DNA of 64,000 nt from Bigelowiella natans CCMP2755. Taxonomy: Eukaryota; Protista; Cercozoa. The notes below the pieces were generated by a model. That model was given only the letters and a program-made list of their open reading frames with translations. It had not been told where the DNA came from and did not search any database. This document shows, piece by piece, positions 1-12,253 of the stretch. The position numbers and the translations under genes are program-made. Numbering within the stretch: position 1 is the stretch's first letter; every line of letters begins with the position of its first letter. The stretch is taken from positions 1 through 64,000 of the forward strand of contig ADNK01000826.1 of NCBI GenBank assembly GCA_000320545.1. Direction: 5' to 3'.

Positions 1-19
1 GGAGATAGAAAGTAAGACG

Positions 20-3000
20 CTACGAATGCTGACGTTTGTTGGGATTCCTGCCGAACGTCAGCACTTTCGATCCCCCCCCCTCCTCCCCCCCCCCCCCCCT
101 CCTCCCTCCCCGCCTCCTCCTCCTCCCACTAGTATTGCTACGCTGTCTCAACCCATTCATATTTGTGTCGAATCTCCAAAAGTGAGCAAGAATGTCCTGC
201 CCTTTATCTCGGTACGGCGTGAATAGCCACAGCTCTTGCGGATTCTCGATGAAAGTTGAGAATATCGACGTAATCGCTACTCCCGCTTTGGAACTCAGCT
301 TTGCTGGTCCTTCCGCGGTTAACAATGCGAGGTTATACCTGAGGAAGTAGTGTGCGGACGGATGTGCGTGTGTGTGTGCGTGCGTGCGCGTGTGTGTGTG
401 TGTGTGTGTGTGTGTTGTGTTGTGTATCTTAATGAGTATTCTCACGTACCTCACTGCCAGACGGTCGAGCGATCTCGTCACATTTAGGACCTTTATAGAT
501 CAAACAAACAAACAATCGTGTCTCAGATGAAACCCCATACTGAACGGACCATTTACTGTGTCTTCTTCCCTTTACTCCCTGCCTCCCCCCTCCTCCTTCT
601 CTCCCTTTGCCTCTACCACCTGTCTGAGATTGCAAAAGCGCTGCTCTACACACTGATTCAGCGTGAGAAGTTTTCTGTCCTCGGTTCTGATTTCTGTCAA
701 TGTCGTTTTCACGTGCGTTCCTCCCGGCTGTGGAGGCCGGCCTTCAGCACTGCCGCCGAACTCGACGATCTTCTCATGAGTCACATTGGTCGTTACGGTG
801 CAAATCTGCCTCAGAAGACACCCGAGAGCGTTGCGACGATGAATCAAGTAGTTGCGGTTAAATTGCAGCAGGAAAATGGGCACTTCCTCCTGATTATATA
901 TGCACACATACAATCAGCTGGCAGCGTTCATCATGTTTATATCCATTCGAATTTGAGAAGGAACGCTGAGACAAGGGAGGAGCAATCATTCACCCTTTCT
1001 TTTTAATTAAACAAGTTCTCCTATCTGCCTCCCCCCCCCCCCCCCCCAACCCCCACCCTGTCCCTTATTCACCACAGATCAACCTCGTCTATCATGAGAT
1101 TGAAGAGCGTCTTTGAGTTCTCGTAAGTGACTTGACCGAGCTTGGAGCACTGGTCCTCTACCACCAGATGATTGTAAAGCTCCTCGTAGTCATTTTCTGT
1201 ACCTCTTGCCTCCTGAAAAGGTGCCATACTGGCCCTCTTTGCATCCCTCTGCTTTTGCATGTTGTAATCATCGGTGAAGAGATAGTCGGAGTTCAGCTTC
1301 AATTGCTCTTTCTCTGAATTCGTGTTGTTTTTCCTCCTATGCTGCTGATTCTCTCCCCTCGAATCGTAAGCTTCCCCGCCATTCCTAGAAGGAAATGGGA
1401 GTGGCAGCAGTGGTGGGGATGCTGACGAAGAGTTCTGGAAGCTGTGAAGATTGGAAGTATTTGACGATGATGACGACGATGATGAAGCATTCTGATAGTA
1501 ATCGTACTTGTTTGAATATTGCTGCTGCTGGAGTGGAAGGGATGTCAGCGCCCCCCCCTCCCTTCCTCCTCTTCCGAAGGGTTCATCAGCGCAGCACGCA
1601 TAATAGGCTTTATGAGTGCCTCCTTGGTGGCATTCTCCACCTTCACTTGGAAGCGATGATTTATCGCCGCTGTCTACGCCCGGTGCGCCATTTCTTACTA
1701 AGAATGACCCGAGGTAAGCGTCTTTGTCCATCATATCCCCGCCCCTATTCGTTGCGGAAAGGAAACGCAATAGGGAGGAGGACGTGGAGGAGGAGCTCGT
1801 CGTCGGCGCCGCCGCAGCAGCAGCTGGGCAGGAGTTGAGCGACCAGGTCTTCTTGACATTAAGCCCACATCCAATGTCCTTTGTCTCCCCGTTGATCATT
1901 TCCTCAGCACTACACAAACGTGCTCCAACAGCACGACAATGCCGGCTCGCTTCCACATACGTGGCCATTCCTGGGCATTCTTGCGACGCCAGCATTGCTG
2001 ACGCGCACACCTGCTGAGAGCCGTGTCCCGCTGCCCATCCAAGCTCCGAGCAGGATAGCGCCGATGGTTGGATGCAGCTGCCGTAAAGTCGCACTTGACG
2101 AAGAATCACGTCCTGATTCCCTTCGCTGTTGCTATTGCCACCACCATAGCTTGAGGTTGGAACGATTTTCAGCCAGTGAGCGCCAACTTTAGCATAGTTT
2201 ATTCGGTGCGTCTGGGGGAGGGCAGTCTGCTCAGAGTCCCCAAAATAAGCTCTTTCCCATTCGTTCAGGAAGACCCATCCATCCACGGGAGGACCAGCTT
2301 CTGCGGTGGCGTTTTTATCAGATGATGGCGATTCTAACGATGGAGTGCGTGGACGATCTGCTGCATAGGACACGAAAAGTTGCAATTGCTTCGGTGTCTC
2401 AGGCCCGCCATTGGCGGCATTCCCGCCCGCTATAGACACCTTGGACACCGTGCAGAGAGAGTTCATCTTGAAGAAAATAGGCTCCCCTATTTTGACCTTG
2501 ATGTCGTTGTTAGAAAGGGAGGAGTCAGAGGCCGTGTTGAACGATCCTGTCACAAGGCTGCTCGCTGAGTCGCCGTTGGACAGAAACACACGACTTGGCT
2601 GCAAGCGGGTTGTTCTGCCCGTTGGAAGAAAGCAAAACATCGAAGCGGAGCTGCGGTCGTTCGTAGCGCTGAGCCTTCCCGCGGTATCGATGACAAATAA
2701 GCGCCCAGAGGCCTTGACTCTGATGTGGAAACAATCATCACCAAGCGAGACGAGGGACATGCGAGTCGAGGCGTCGGGCACTTGCGAGGACGAAGAGATG
2801 GTCGGGAACCTCATTACCCTATCTGCACGCAGATAGCCTCCAGAGAAGGGGGATGAGGAGATGGAAGTAACTTTGCCTGCTGCTGCTGCTGCTGCTGCTG
2901 CTGGAACAGACGACCAAAGGGATAGATATCCATTTCCTGCATCTTCGACTTCGAATGGCTGCGGGGTCTCACCTTGGCGTGCTAGCCGAAGCTGCAAGCT

Positions 3001-3280
3001 CAACGGGTCAACCACAAGCCCAACTTGTTCTTCTTCTTCTGCTTCCCCCCCACTCGCGGTCCTCATGGAGCTCGTCTCTTTCTCCCCTTCCTTCGTTTTC
3101 TTTCTCTTGTAGAAGATGGTGATGGAGGAAGGGATTCCATGGATCGAGAACTTGTTCACAGTCGCCTCCCAGAAGCGCGCGATTTCGTCGTGTGACAGTG
3201 CCTTGTTCCAGTAGTATAGCTCCGCGATGGCAGTTGCCTGGCGGCCGGTGGGGCCGATTCTTTTTGATAGCCGGTGTTGC

Positions 3281-3312
<32 letters not shown>

Positions 3313-6300
3313 GCTATGATGAGAGGCAAAACCGGTGGTAAGAGCAACGGTTTCAGCATTGAGATTCCGTGTATCCAGATATGGCCCCGACGTTGTGGTG
3401 GCCAAATATAACTTCCTCTCCGCGTCACTTTCCCCGTCTTCCGCGTCCACAGAGACTACGACGAGGCACCATTCCTTGCTGCAGTCGCTATTTGGGGAGA
3501 TCATCGTTGGCTTGTATGCCCAGTAAGCCAGCGTGTATAAAGGCCCTATCTGTGTGGGTCTGCCCGACGAAATACTAAGAGACTCGTTATCGGGCAGCGT
3601 CCAAGCCTTCACACCTTCAAGTCGCGTACATGGCAGTCGTTGATACTCCGACCCGGACGCGATGTCGATCAACTCTCCGAGACCGTCGGTCTCTTCAGCG
3701 TTGAGTAGGACTTTCAGGCTCCGCATGGCAGGGAGCCTGCTCCTCGTCGCTAGGAGAAAGTTTGGAGTGTCCGTGGACCAGCCAACAGGTCGTGACAGTA
3801 AGGGCAGGGAGGGAGGAGTGACTCCTGCTCCCTCTCCGCCGCCACTTCCCTTTCCATAAGGGAGGGCTGGCGGATTACCAGGAAGGAAGCCGGCAGCCGT
3901 GTTACCGAACCCGTCGTCCAGTGGATAGTGAGCGACTAGCTTCTTGCCCAAAGGGCCATTGCTGCTGCTGCTGCTGCTGCTGCTGCTGATATACGTGTGG
4001 GAGAGCATATTGCTTGCCAACTTGACTTCCACGCGGGAAAGGGCATGCCTCCAAACGGAAAAACGAGACATCTGGCCCTCAAACGTGCTTGCATCTTCGC
4101 TTGATCTTGGGGGAGCCGTTCCTATGAATAATGGGCCATTGTTATTCCTAGTTGGGGAGGAGGAGGAAGAGGGGGTGAAGGGTGTTCCAGTAGCTGCTGA
4201 TAATTGCGGAGATGATAATGATGATAATGATGATGGTGGTAGGGAGGAGGACGCCTTAAGAGGAAGCTCGCAATCGATCTCCCCATTTACAAAAAGTCTC
4301 AGGCGTTGCTGATCGTATGATGCGGCAAGATGACTCCAGGAGTTTGGCGATAACTTGCTGAATCCTTTACATGAAAATGACTTCTGCACGCTGTCTGTGC
4401 CTCCTGGTGCAGCAGTTTTTGCGCCGAGTGACACGCTAGGATGACCGGCTCGAAGGTCTAATCTATACCGGAATGAAGAAGATACTGGATGATCAAGATG
4501 GTGGCTTTGTTGAAGGGGAGGAGGATATGATGGTGTGCTTGTCGAGTTGTCGAAAGTGGAATGGTAATCGGATGATGGCGATTTACGTTTTCCGTTGCTA
4601 TCGCTCACAGGTAATAGCATTTTGAACAGCACAGGTGCCAAAGCGCTCTCCACGGCAGTCTCCGAAGGCTTTATCCATACCGACACCGTCCAGTTGGAGG
4701 GAGCAAGAACCCCTCTGCTGTCGTCTATCATAAGACCACCGGGGTGCTGCTTGCTTCTACCTGTGCTACTGCTGCTGCTGCTGCTGTTATCATTGTCATT
4801 GTTGCTTGACCTCATATCAAGTGAAAATGCACCAGCTCCCGAAAGGCCGTACAGTGAGCATTCTAGCCCTGGTGCTAGGGACGTTGAGTTTGCGAGCGCC
4901 CATCCTCCTCTCTGGACCTCCTTCACAACCAAACTACGTGCGAAACCGGAGCATTCGGGATCGACCGCGGAACTTGCCCTGACGCTCTTGCAGTTTGTGC
5001 TCACCTCACACGTGAGCTCCCGGGTACATCCTTTTTGTAGTGCCTTTGGTAATGGGTAGAAAGGCTGTGGTCAGTTTGGTTTGAAAAGGAGGAGAGAAGG
5101 AAATCGAAGAATAAATGCTGCTGCTGGGATACTACCTCTCGCTTTCCAACGATGATTTTGGAGCCACACATAACGTTTGTATGGATCTGGGTTTGCGGCT
5201 TTGATGACGACGAGGAGTCCTCCGTCACAGCTCGCAATATTGCTTTTTCTCGGGGAGGGTAGCTGATCGTGCTGAGATGTATATCATTTTTGGTAAAATA
5301 TTATTATAGCTTGTACGTTGTGGGTGTGTACGTAAGTGTGTTTAGGTGTTAGGTCCCCGGCCAAAATATGATAACATGATATGGTTGGAAGTATCAGGGG
5401 ATAGGAATGAATAATTTACTTTAGAATTTCAGCTGCTCCTTCTGGTTTGTTGGGAACATTTTCATGGACAAAACGTTTAACCCAGCATTCTGCATCTCCA
5501 CTCTCCTTCGGACGGTGTGCGCGGTGTATCAACCCAGAGAGAAATTGTGTGCACCGTCCTCCCTCTCCTCCTTTCCTGGCGCTTTCCCCTTCAAACATCC
5601 TTGGGATTGCTTGAGCACGACTATCTACGTCGTTGCCAATGCTTCCTTCAGCTGCTGATATCCACTCAGAAGCTACACAGTTCCCATCTGCATTGCAGCC
5701 CAAAACACATCTTGATGATGTGAGGCCATAGTCCACCTACACATAGCAAAAACAATCACAGAACAGAGTAACAGCTATCCATCAGCTCCCGATTCTGATG
5801 GAGACTATAAGAACATTGGGCAATTGTGCCGGGAGAGAGTAACGATGTCGGTGACTAATTACTTCACCTGAGTCTTCGCCTCCTCCTCACTGCTTTCGAG
5901 CTGGCATCTGCCATTTCCAACGAAAACCAGGTTTTGCAACGCTTGCTTCGATGAGGTGGAGTGGCTTATAGATGATGATGATGATGATGGTGATGATGAT
6001 TCCTCAAAAGAGAAGCTTCTTGAAAATGCAGAAGATGACGTGTTCGAGGTTGGAACTTCAAGCGACATCTGCTTCAGCCCAAAATGCTTATTCCGTCTAC
6101 GCTTAAACGTGTTACTTACTTGAAGATAAGACGAGTGAGATAGTGATGATTGCGCGGCAGCTGCCTCTACGGCTCCATCTACCCACCACGTTGAAATACG
6201 GTCTTCCTCCTCCTTGCCGTTTTCATCATTGTTTATTCTTTCCTCGTCTTGTTGAGAAGACCCTTCCTCTTCTAGCTTCTCTGAAAAGCGCCCGGGCTCT

Positions 6301-6416
6301 TTGCCATCTCTATATTGGGATGGCAACGTGTTGGGAGAATCGAGGTCGTTTACAAGCTCCTCTTCCTGAAAGTATTATAGCGAAAGATGGGTGTTTTTCT
6401 TCACCAAATAGCCCTT

Positions 6417-6449
<33 letters not shown>

Positions 6450-7236
6450 TCACATTACCATATTTTTCACACCCAGTGGCATAACGTATCCACGCCCATT
6501 TTGTAAAACCTAGTGTAATACAGCGTGTTTAGTTCGTGGAGGTCAACGTTTCTCAGATTAGAAATAATTTGAGCATTACCATCTGGTTAAGGGTATATGT
6601 TGACTTATTGAGTTTCTCTCGATAGTTCTCACGCCAGGCTTCCTCTATCTGCAATAGTCAGCGAAACTTAACTGGAGTTTTTGAGTAAATCAATGGACAT
6701 TTATCACCTTCAGCTCGTCCTTCAATAGCTGTACCTTCTTCTGTTGAAGATCCACTTCGTGTACTAGTTGCTGAACTGCATCAATAACCACAGAAATCAA
6801 GGAAAATGACCTGTGCTTGTGATCGAGTAGATTCAATACCTCGTTCTTCGAGTACATTCATCGCGGAGTTGCCGTCGGAAAACAGGAAGTGAGCAACATA
6901 TCTGAAAGGAATAATCCACCGTAAAAATTTCTAATAGACTATCCCAGTAGAATCAGCAAAGGGGAGGAGAGCGGTGATGAGTCTTTTTGGAACTTACTCG
7001 TGTAAGATTCGATTTGGGACACGAGTCCTCTCGTTCGCTCGTGGGACGGTCGCGCACACTGAGGTGTTGAAGGCAAAAAGAAGCAAGAGAATCTTCCAAA
7101 GAGTCTGGCTCCAAGGCCTCCTCAGTAATATTCCATGCCCTCCCCCCGACAATCCCATTGTTGCTGTTGCTATCCGCGGGGGGCTCTCATACTGTGCCGG
7201 CGCGTGTAAGTCACGATTGGTCTGTGTAAGCGACAA
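20..7236 (-). CDS. Large multi-exon extracellular-type protein: LamG/concanavalin-like domains, beta-trefoil-like, galactose-binding-like and Cys-rich C-type-lectin-like modules; main exon about 5062-1072; 3' end may run off the window
   Basis: The 1311-aa ORF has LamG motifs (WTVSVWIKP, WSHLAASYDQQRLRLFVNG, FEGQMSRFSVWRHALS; second copy IAELYYWNKALS) and a CRAVGARLCSAEEM lectin-like segment. Upstream exons at 6994-7236 (hydrophobic LWKILLLLFAF), 5862-6360, 5419-5736 and about 5135-5260 have GT-AG junctions. Further exons lie at about 630-810 and 140-340. Confidence 0.7.
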
Positions 7237-8063
7237 TCAATGCTATTGGGTGTGTTGCGATATTTTCAGTATGTTATTTAGACACAAATCATGATTTATC
7301 GATCAAAAGTTCTTGTGCAGATGCAAATGTACCAGCAACTGATACCACCCTACAGTCAAACTTCCATGAAATAACTGGTGGTGCCGACCTTCCATCAATG
7401 TATGTATTTTTTTGAATAATTTGAACAAACCCGAATAATAATTCTGTTCGATTTCTCGCAGTATTTATTCGTTAATTCGTCTGCGACATCGGGCGAGGCG
7501 CATTGACGAAACGGCATGGGTTTCAACCAAAAAATAATCATGTGTTTGAGGTCGTAATAGGGCCTTGTCTCGCTTAAAATGAACCGTGTAGATCTACGAC
7601 TGGTCCATGTGAAAAACCGAAGATGATCACATGACTTTGCTTTTATTTAGGTGTAAACTAGATCCAGATTGATTAGGGTACCCTATTGTGTAGATCTAGT
7701 ACAGTCGAAACGCCCACTTGTGTAGGCCTGTAGATTCTACATGTAGATCTATACGAGTCGTACCTGTATCTAGATCGATCTAAAACAATTTTTCAAAAAA
7801 CGCATGTGTTCACTTATCCTCAAAAACCTCCAAAAACCATAGCATTCACCTTCTACGACAATCCCCACCTAGTCGTACTTAGATCTAGATCTGGGTCTAG
7901 GTCTTTCTTTTTAGGTGAAACCGTGGGTTTAATCGCCACTTCGAGCCGAATCTTATCAATATCTTAGGCATCGGCGCATTCGCAATCAAAAATATCTTTA
8001 TCGCGAGTTCGCACAGGTGCCCCAGATCTCAAACCACATCTTCACTTCGCTGACTCCTTTGCA

Positions 8064-8483
8064 ATGTCCTTTCAAGATTTCTTCGACTGCATTGACGTTG
8101 ATGGCTCTGGGAAAGTCTCTTCAGAAGAATTCTTGCAATTTTCTGCCGCGCTGGTCAGTGGCTGCGACAATGAGAAAGAGAAGGAAGCAGTAGCAGAGTT
8201 CGTCAGTACCGTTGTTGCCTCAGTCCATGCCAAAGGGCTAGAAGAGTTCACAGGAGACGATTTGAAGGGCTTTGACTATGAAGGGCTGGCGGTCAAAGAA
8301 GAAAACATGTCTGAGTTTGAAAAAATTGTCAAAACAATCGTTGAAAACAAGGAGGAGATATTGAAGATGGTCAAAGAATCCAAAAATGTTGATTCCGATG
8401 AGGTCATGAAAGCTCTTGGGGGTGACAAATTTGAGAAATTGTTAGGGGACAAGGTAGATAAGGCCAATGCTAAAAAAGATTAA
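8064..8483 (+). CDS. Small acidic EF-hand protein (139 aa, intronless)
   Basis: Canonical EF-hand loop FDCIDVDGSGKVSSEEF; clean ATG-TAA ORF. Confidence 0.75.
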   Translation: MSFQDFFDCIDVDGSGKVSSEEFLQFSAALVSGCDNEKEKEAVAEFVSTVVASVHAKGLEEFTGDDLKGFDYEGLAVKEENMSEFEKIVKTIVENKEEILKMVKESKNVDSDEVMKALGGDKFEKLLGDKVDKANAKKD

Positions 8484-9337
8484 TGCGTGAGCTTGGCAAG
8501 TTGTGAGGTCGTTCCGATATGTGGAAAATCGCACGAGAATCTTCACCATTGCAGTGACATGCGCAACCTCTCCTGCATCCCCTACCCTGGCCTTTCACAC
8601 TGCTAGACTGTTGGACATGAGATTCGGAAGTCAATGCCTGTTTGAAACACCAGAGCGAGGAACAATCTTCTGAGGTCTCTGGAGATGCGATCTTCTCACA
8701 GCCATCAGCAACTTGGGAATCAAGCTCGCGCATGGGCAACACGACAGTAGTGGACATGCTCTGATTCTTGCATTGAAATTTCTCTTCAATCATGCCTTCA
8801 TTCACACACGTACATGCACATTCAATTTCAATGTTCATCACATGTCCACAATTTTTTCCTGCCAGCGAGCAGATGATTGGTGGGGTGCTGAGACAGATGG
8901 GCATGAGCGACATCAGAGGATGCTTTGGCGCAGCAGCAGCTGTGCACTGATGATAATCACTTGGATTGTGATTGAATTCGTGACGCAGTTTCACATTGCA
9001 CACGTGCTAGCGTGCGCTCATGCAGCACCTCAGGACCTATGATTGGTTCCCAATGTGCGTCGATCTGCCATATGACCTGCCCATGTGCAAAGTTTCCCAG
9101 AGCTTATAATATGCAGAGCTGCACGTTTTGGTGATCGAACGTGCTGTGGGGCCACTTTCAGCGCTGGACAACATTATCAGCATGGCAGAACAAGAAGCAC
9201 AAATAGAATCGAATTGCGTATCGATTGATCTCATCAGTGATTTTCTGCAAGCCATATGCCATGTGGCTTTGCTCACGAAAAGTTGGTTGGATGTGCATTG
9301 CTGCACGCAGCGTGATAATAACAAACTCATCATGTTC

Positions 9338-10480
9338 CTAAATGTTGACAACATCTACAAGTGATTTCTGTTGGACTACTTTCTCAGCACCCGGAAGTCT
9401 CTCAAGAGGTTCGCCAAACCTGTTGAAATCTTCATTAAACACATGTTGCTTACTAAATTCTAACAAAATATAGGCAACCTGTTCACCCAAGACGTCCACC
9501 CGAAGCCAAACCTACAGCAGCAAAAAACACCAGTTGATATATACACAAAGAAATAATCAAGTTTGAAATGGCGACCTTGCCGCTGCGCATGCATCCCACG
9601 CATTGGAGGAGACAAACGATATCAGAGACTCTCTTATTTGTAGCCTATCCACGCAACTCTGGTACATTTTGGGATCGACCTGTAAAACATGTGGTATTTA
9701 AACTGCGAGAATAAAGGTATCCACAATCCTTATCGTTAAATAAGGGTAATTTTTGTGTTGAATTTTTCTAACTGATACCTTGTGGCACTTCGCATCGTCA
9801 GCAGTAATAATGTCATCCAAATATTCAGTCAATCCTGAGAGTTTGCAGTGATGTACAAATTTAAACGTAACACTATACAGATCCATCATCATCACCATCA
9901 TCGCCATCATCATCATCTCTATAATCAGAGTCATCGCCAATCAAACACCGTTTGCCTTCAGAGCCGAAGAGAGCATATCTTTGGTTCCATTTGATAGCAC
10001 AACCGTTTTACATCCAGACTCCTGGGCAACGAAAAAAATATCGATTTTTCTAAAATGAAATACATAGCATTGAATTTTCAAAAAAAAGGGAAAAAAAGGT
10101 AAGAGGAAAATCTGATTTCTTGAATTCCCACCTTTGCTTTCTTTAACGCCTCTGTGCACTCAGGAAATGCCTTTGTATGGATTAATCACACCATCAAGGT
10201 CACCACCATTAATATGGGAACACCAAGTGTAGGTCAGGAAGTTGGAAGCGATACGGGTATACAGTATGGAGCTGTATACTTCAGTCGACCTTGAGATGGT
10301 AGTACTGCTCGATCAGATTGTCGATCACACCTTCAGCGCACTCTTTATATGGAGGGGGGGAACGGAGGAGGAAGAGAAGGAGAACAGAATAATTATTGGA
10401 TGTCAAAAATAGTAATGGTAACGGGAAACCATTTTCAAAGATAAGATGGTAGCACACGTACACGTGAATTACATGTATTA

Positions 10481-10511
<31 letters not shown>

Positions 10512-12253
10512 CTTTCCATATTTATATAAGCAAGCTAAGGCGTTTTGGTAAATATAAATAAACAGTGATATTATCGTACGTACCGTAGCTATGGTATTCA
10601 AGAGCATATTGGAGGGAGTCTCGCGTAACCTGATTTGCAGCATCGAAATTCGATCATCACTTTCACAAAAGTGCTTAGTAGCTTCCAATAAACACGGCAT
10701 TATTCCAGGAAAAGGTTTTACCGATTGAAAGTCTGCAAAATTATCTTGACCCCTAGCAATACCCCTGAGCAAAGATATACGAAAAGAGCAACGACGACTG
10801 GAGATGTTACCCTATTTTCTTATCACTCAACAACATGATTAAATTACCTTAACCAAAGATATTGAAGTTGCTTCTGCCTCCAAGTGCCAATGATTTCTGC
10901 CGATTGTGCAGGATCTGCAAGAGGGCAAATATTTTTCCTCTCAGAAGGTTAAATCACTTTCTGATCAAAATCTTTAAGTGCAGCCACTTTCGAAATGGCA
11001 GCATACCTAAGTCCTCTATTGCAATAGAACTGGGGTCCAACAGAGTTCCGTACTGAAATAATAATTGTTACTATGGTGAGAATAAGAGGGGAGTAGCTTG
11101 CAGTCATGCACAAGACTATGAGGGGGGCATGTGAGCTACGAATAAGGGAGAAGAGATAGTTCTGTAAAGACATCCGTACACACACACACATAAATGTAAA
11201 CTATATCAATAGAAATACAAATACGATCCACACACAATCATGTATACATGTATAAATTGCAAGCTATATTTTCAATACACACCGCGTCGAATACAAAAAC
11301 TTTGGGCGTAGTAGCATCGTCAGCCTGTTGGGCTGTTGCTTGAGCGGGTATGCCTTTGTTTGGAATTAACGCGCGTGCACCTAATCCTCGCAACGCGACA
11401 TCATCTACTGGTATGAATAGGGAATGGCGTGCTTCAGAATTCACCTGATTTTGTCATCAATGCAAGAATGGTATGGGAAAAATCAGCACTTATAGATGAT
11501 GCCAGTCTCTCGGAAATGAAAAAATATTATCTCCACTTACAGCTTGACTGAAATGTCCTTGCCCAGCAATGTCCTCGACGAAGAAAACATCCCCCTTTTC
11601 AAACACCTTTAGGGAGAAAACTGTATGAACTCGATATCGGGAGCACTTAAACCGCCCATTCAAATGTAGTCAAGAGTACTGGTCCAGGTATACTGCTGTA
11701 TAGTGTAGTGTTCTACCATGGAATCTCCATTTGAGACAGTAATTTTGACCGCTGCGTCGAGATTGACGATGAACTGACGAAAAACACCCTAAATTAGTTA
11801 CCTGTGGAAGTCACTAATATTGTATAGACAACCTGACGCCTTGGCGCGAGATGCCAGTCAAAGTTATAGGTTCCTGGAGTAAGGCGAAACATGACCCCAG
11901 TTCCTACATACACAAAAATCAGTTTTGTGGAGGAGGATAAAGTTGCTTCAACCCCATGCACAATCAAACCTGAAATGAGCTTGGAGAGGAGCCCGATGCT
12001 ACCCTTGGGGGTATCCAGTGGTACTCTTAAAGTGCCGAACACACTGTCTCCGTTCCCGTCCACACAGACACTTGGAACCTGACACCAGAAATAGCGGCTT
12101 CAAATGACGTTGGCAGCCCGCCATAGTGTGTGAATTGGGGCTTACGTCGTAAAACGAGGGTTCATTTTCAGAAGAAAACACCCTTCTGTCTACGGTGAGA
12201 AAAGCCCTCCTCATTCTTGGAAGCGCGTTACGTCCGAAGCCACGAATTCGCAT
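9338..12253 (-). CDS. Cupin + L-2-haloacid dehalogenase (HAD type II) fusion with putative mitochondrial presequence; multi-exon
   Basis: Spliced by eye: MRIRGFGRNALPRMRRAFLTVDRRVFSS...YD|VPSVCVDGNGDSVF...FDWHLAPRRQ|FIVNLDAAVKITVSNGDS|VFEKGDVFFVEDIAGQGH (cupin), then KVFVFDA|YGTLLD, WRQKQLQYLWLR, VLSNGT, CHK|VDPKMY, FVSPNAWDA, WVNR. Stop TAG at 9338-9340. Confidence 0.85.

Noticed and set aside
7351-7380. Tc1/pogo-like TIR start (TACAGTCAAAC...)
   Set aside because: No matching inverted copy or transposase was found in the window.
8470-9364. Cys/His/Met-rich short ORFs in intergenic tracts (also 16772-17166, 22877-23106, 38463-38809)
   Set aside because: Likely by-products of TpA loss, which removes TAA/TAG stops and Tyr codons; no recognisable homology.
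9941-9960. Non-canonical GC splice donor in the dehalogenase gene
   Set aside because: A canonical GT donor 7 nt further on gives the correct phase (ALKANG|LTEYLD).
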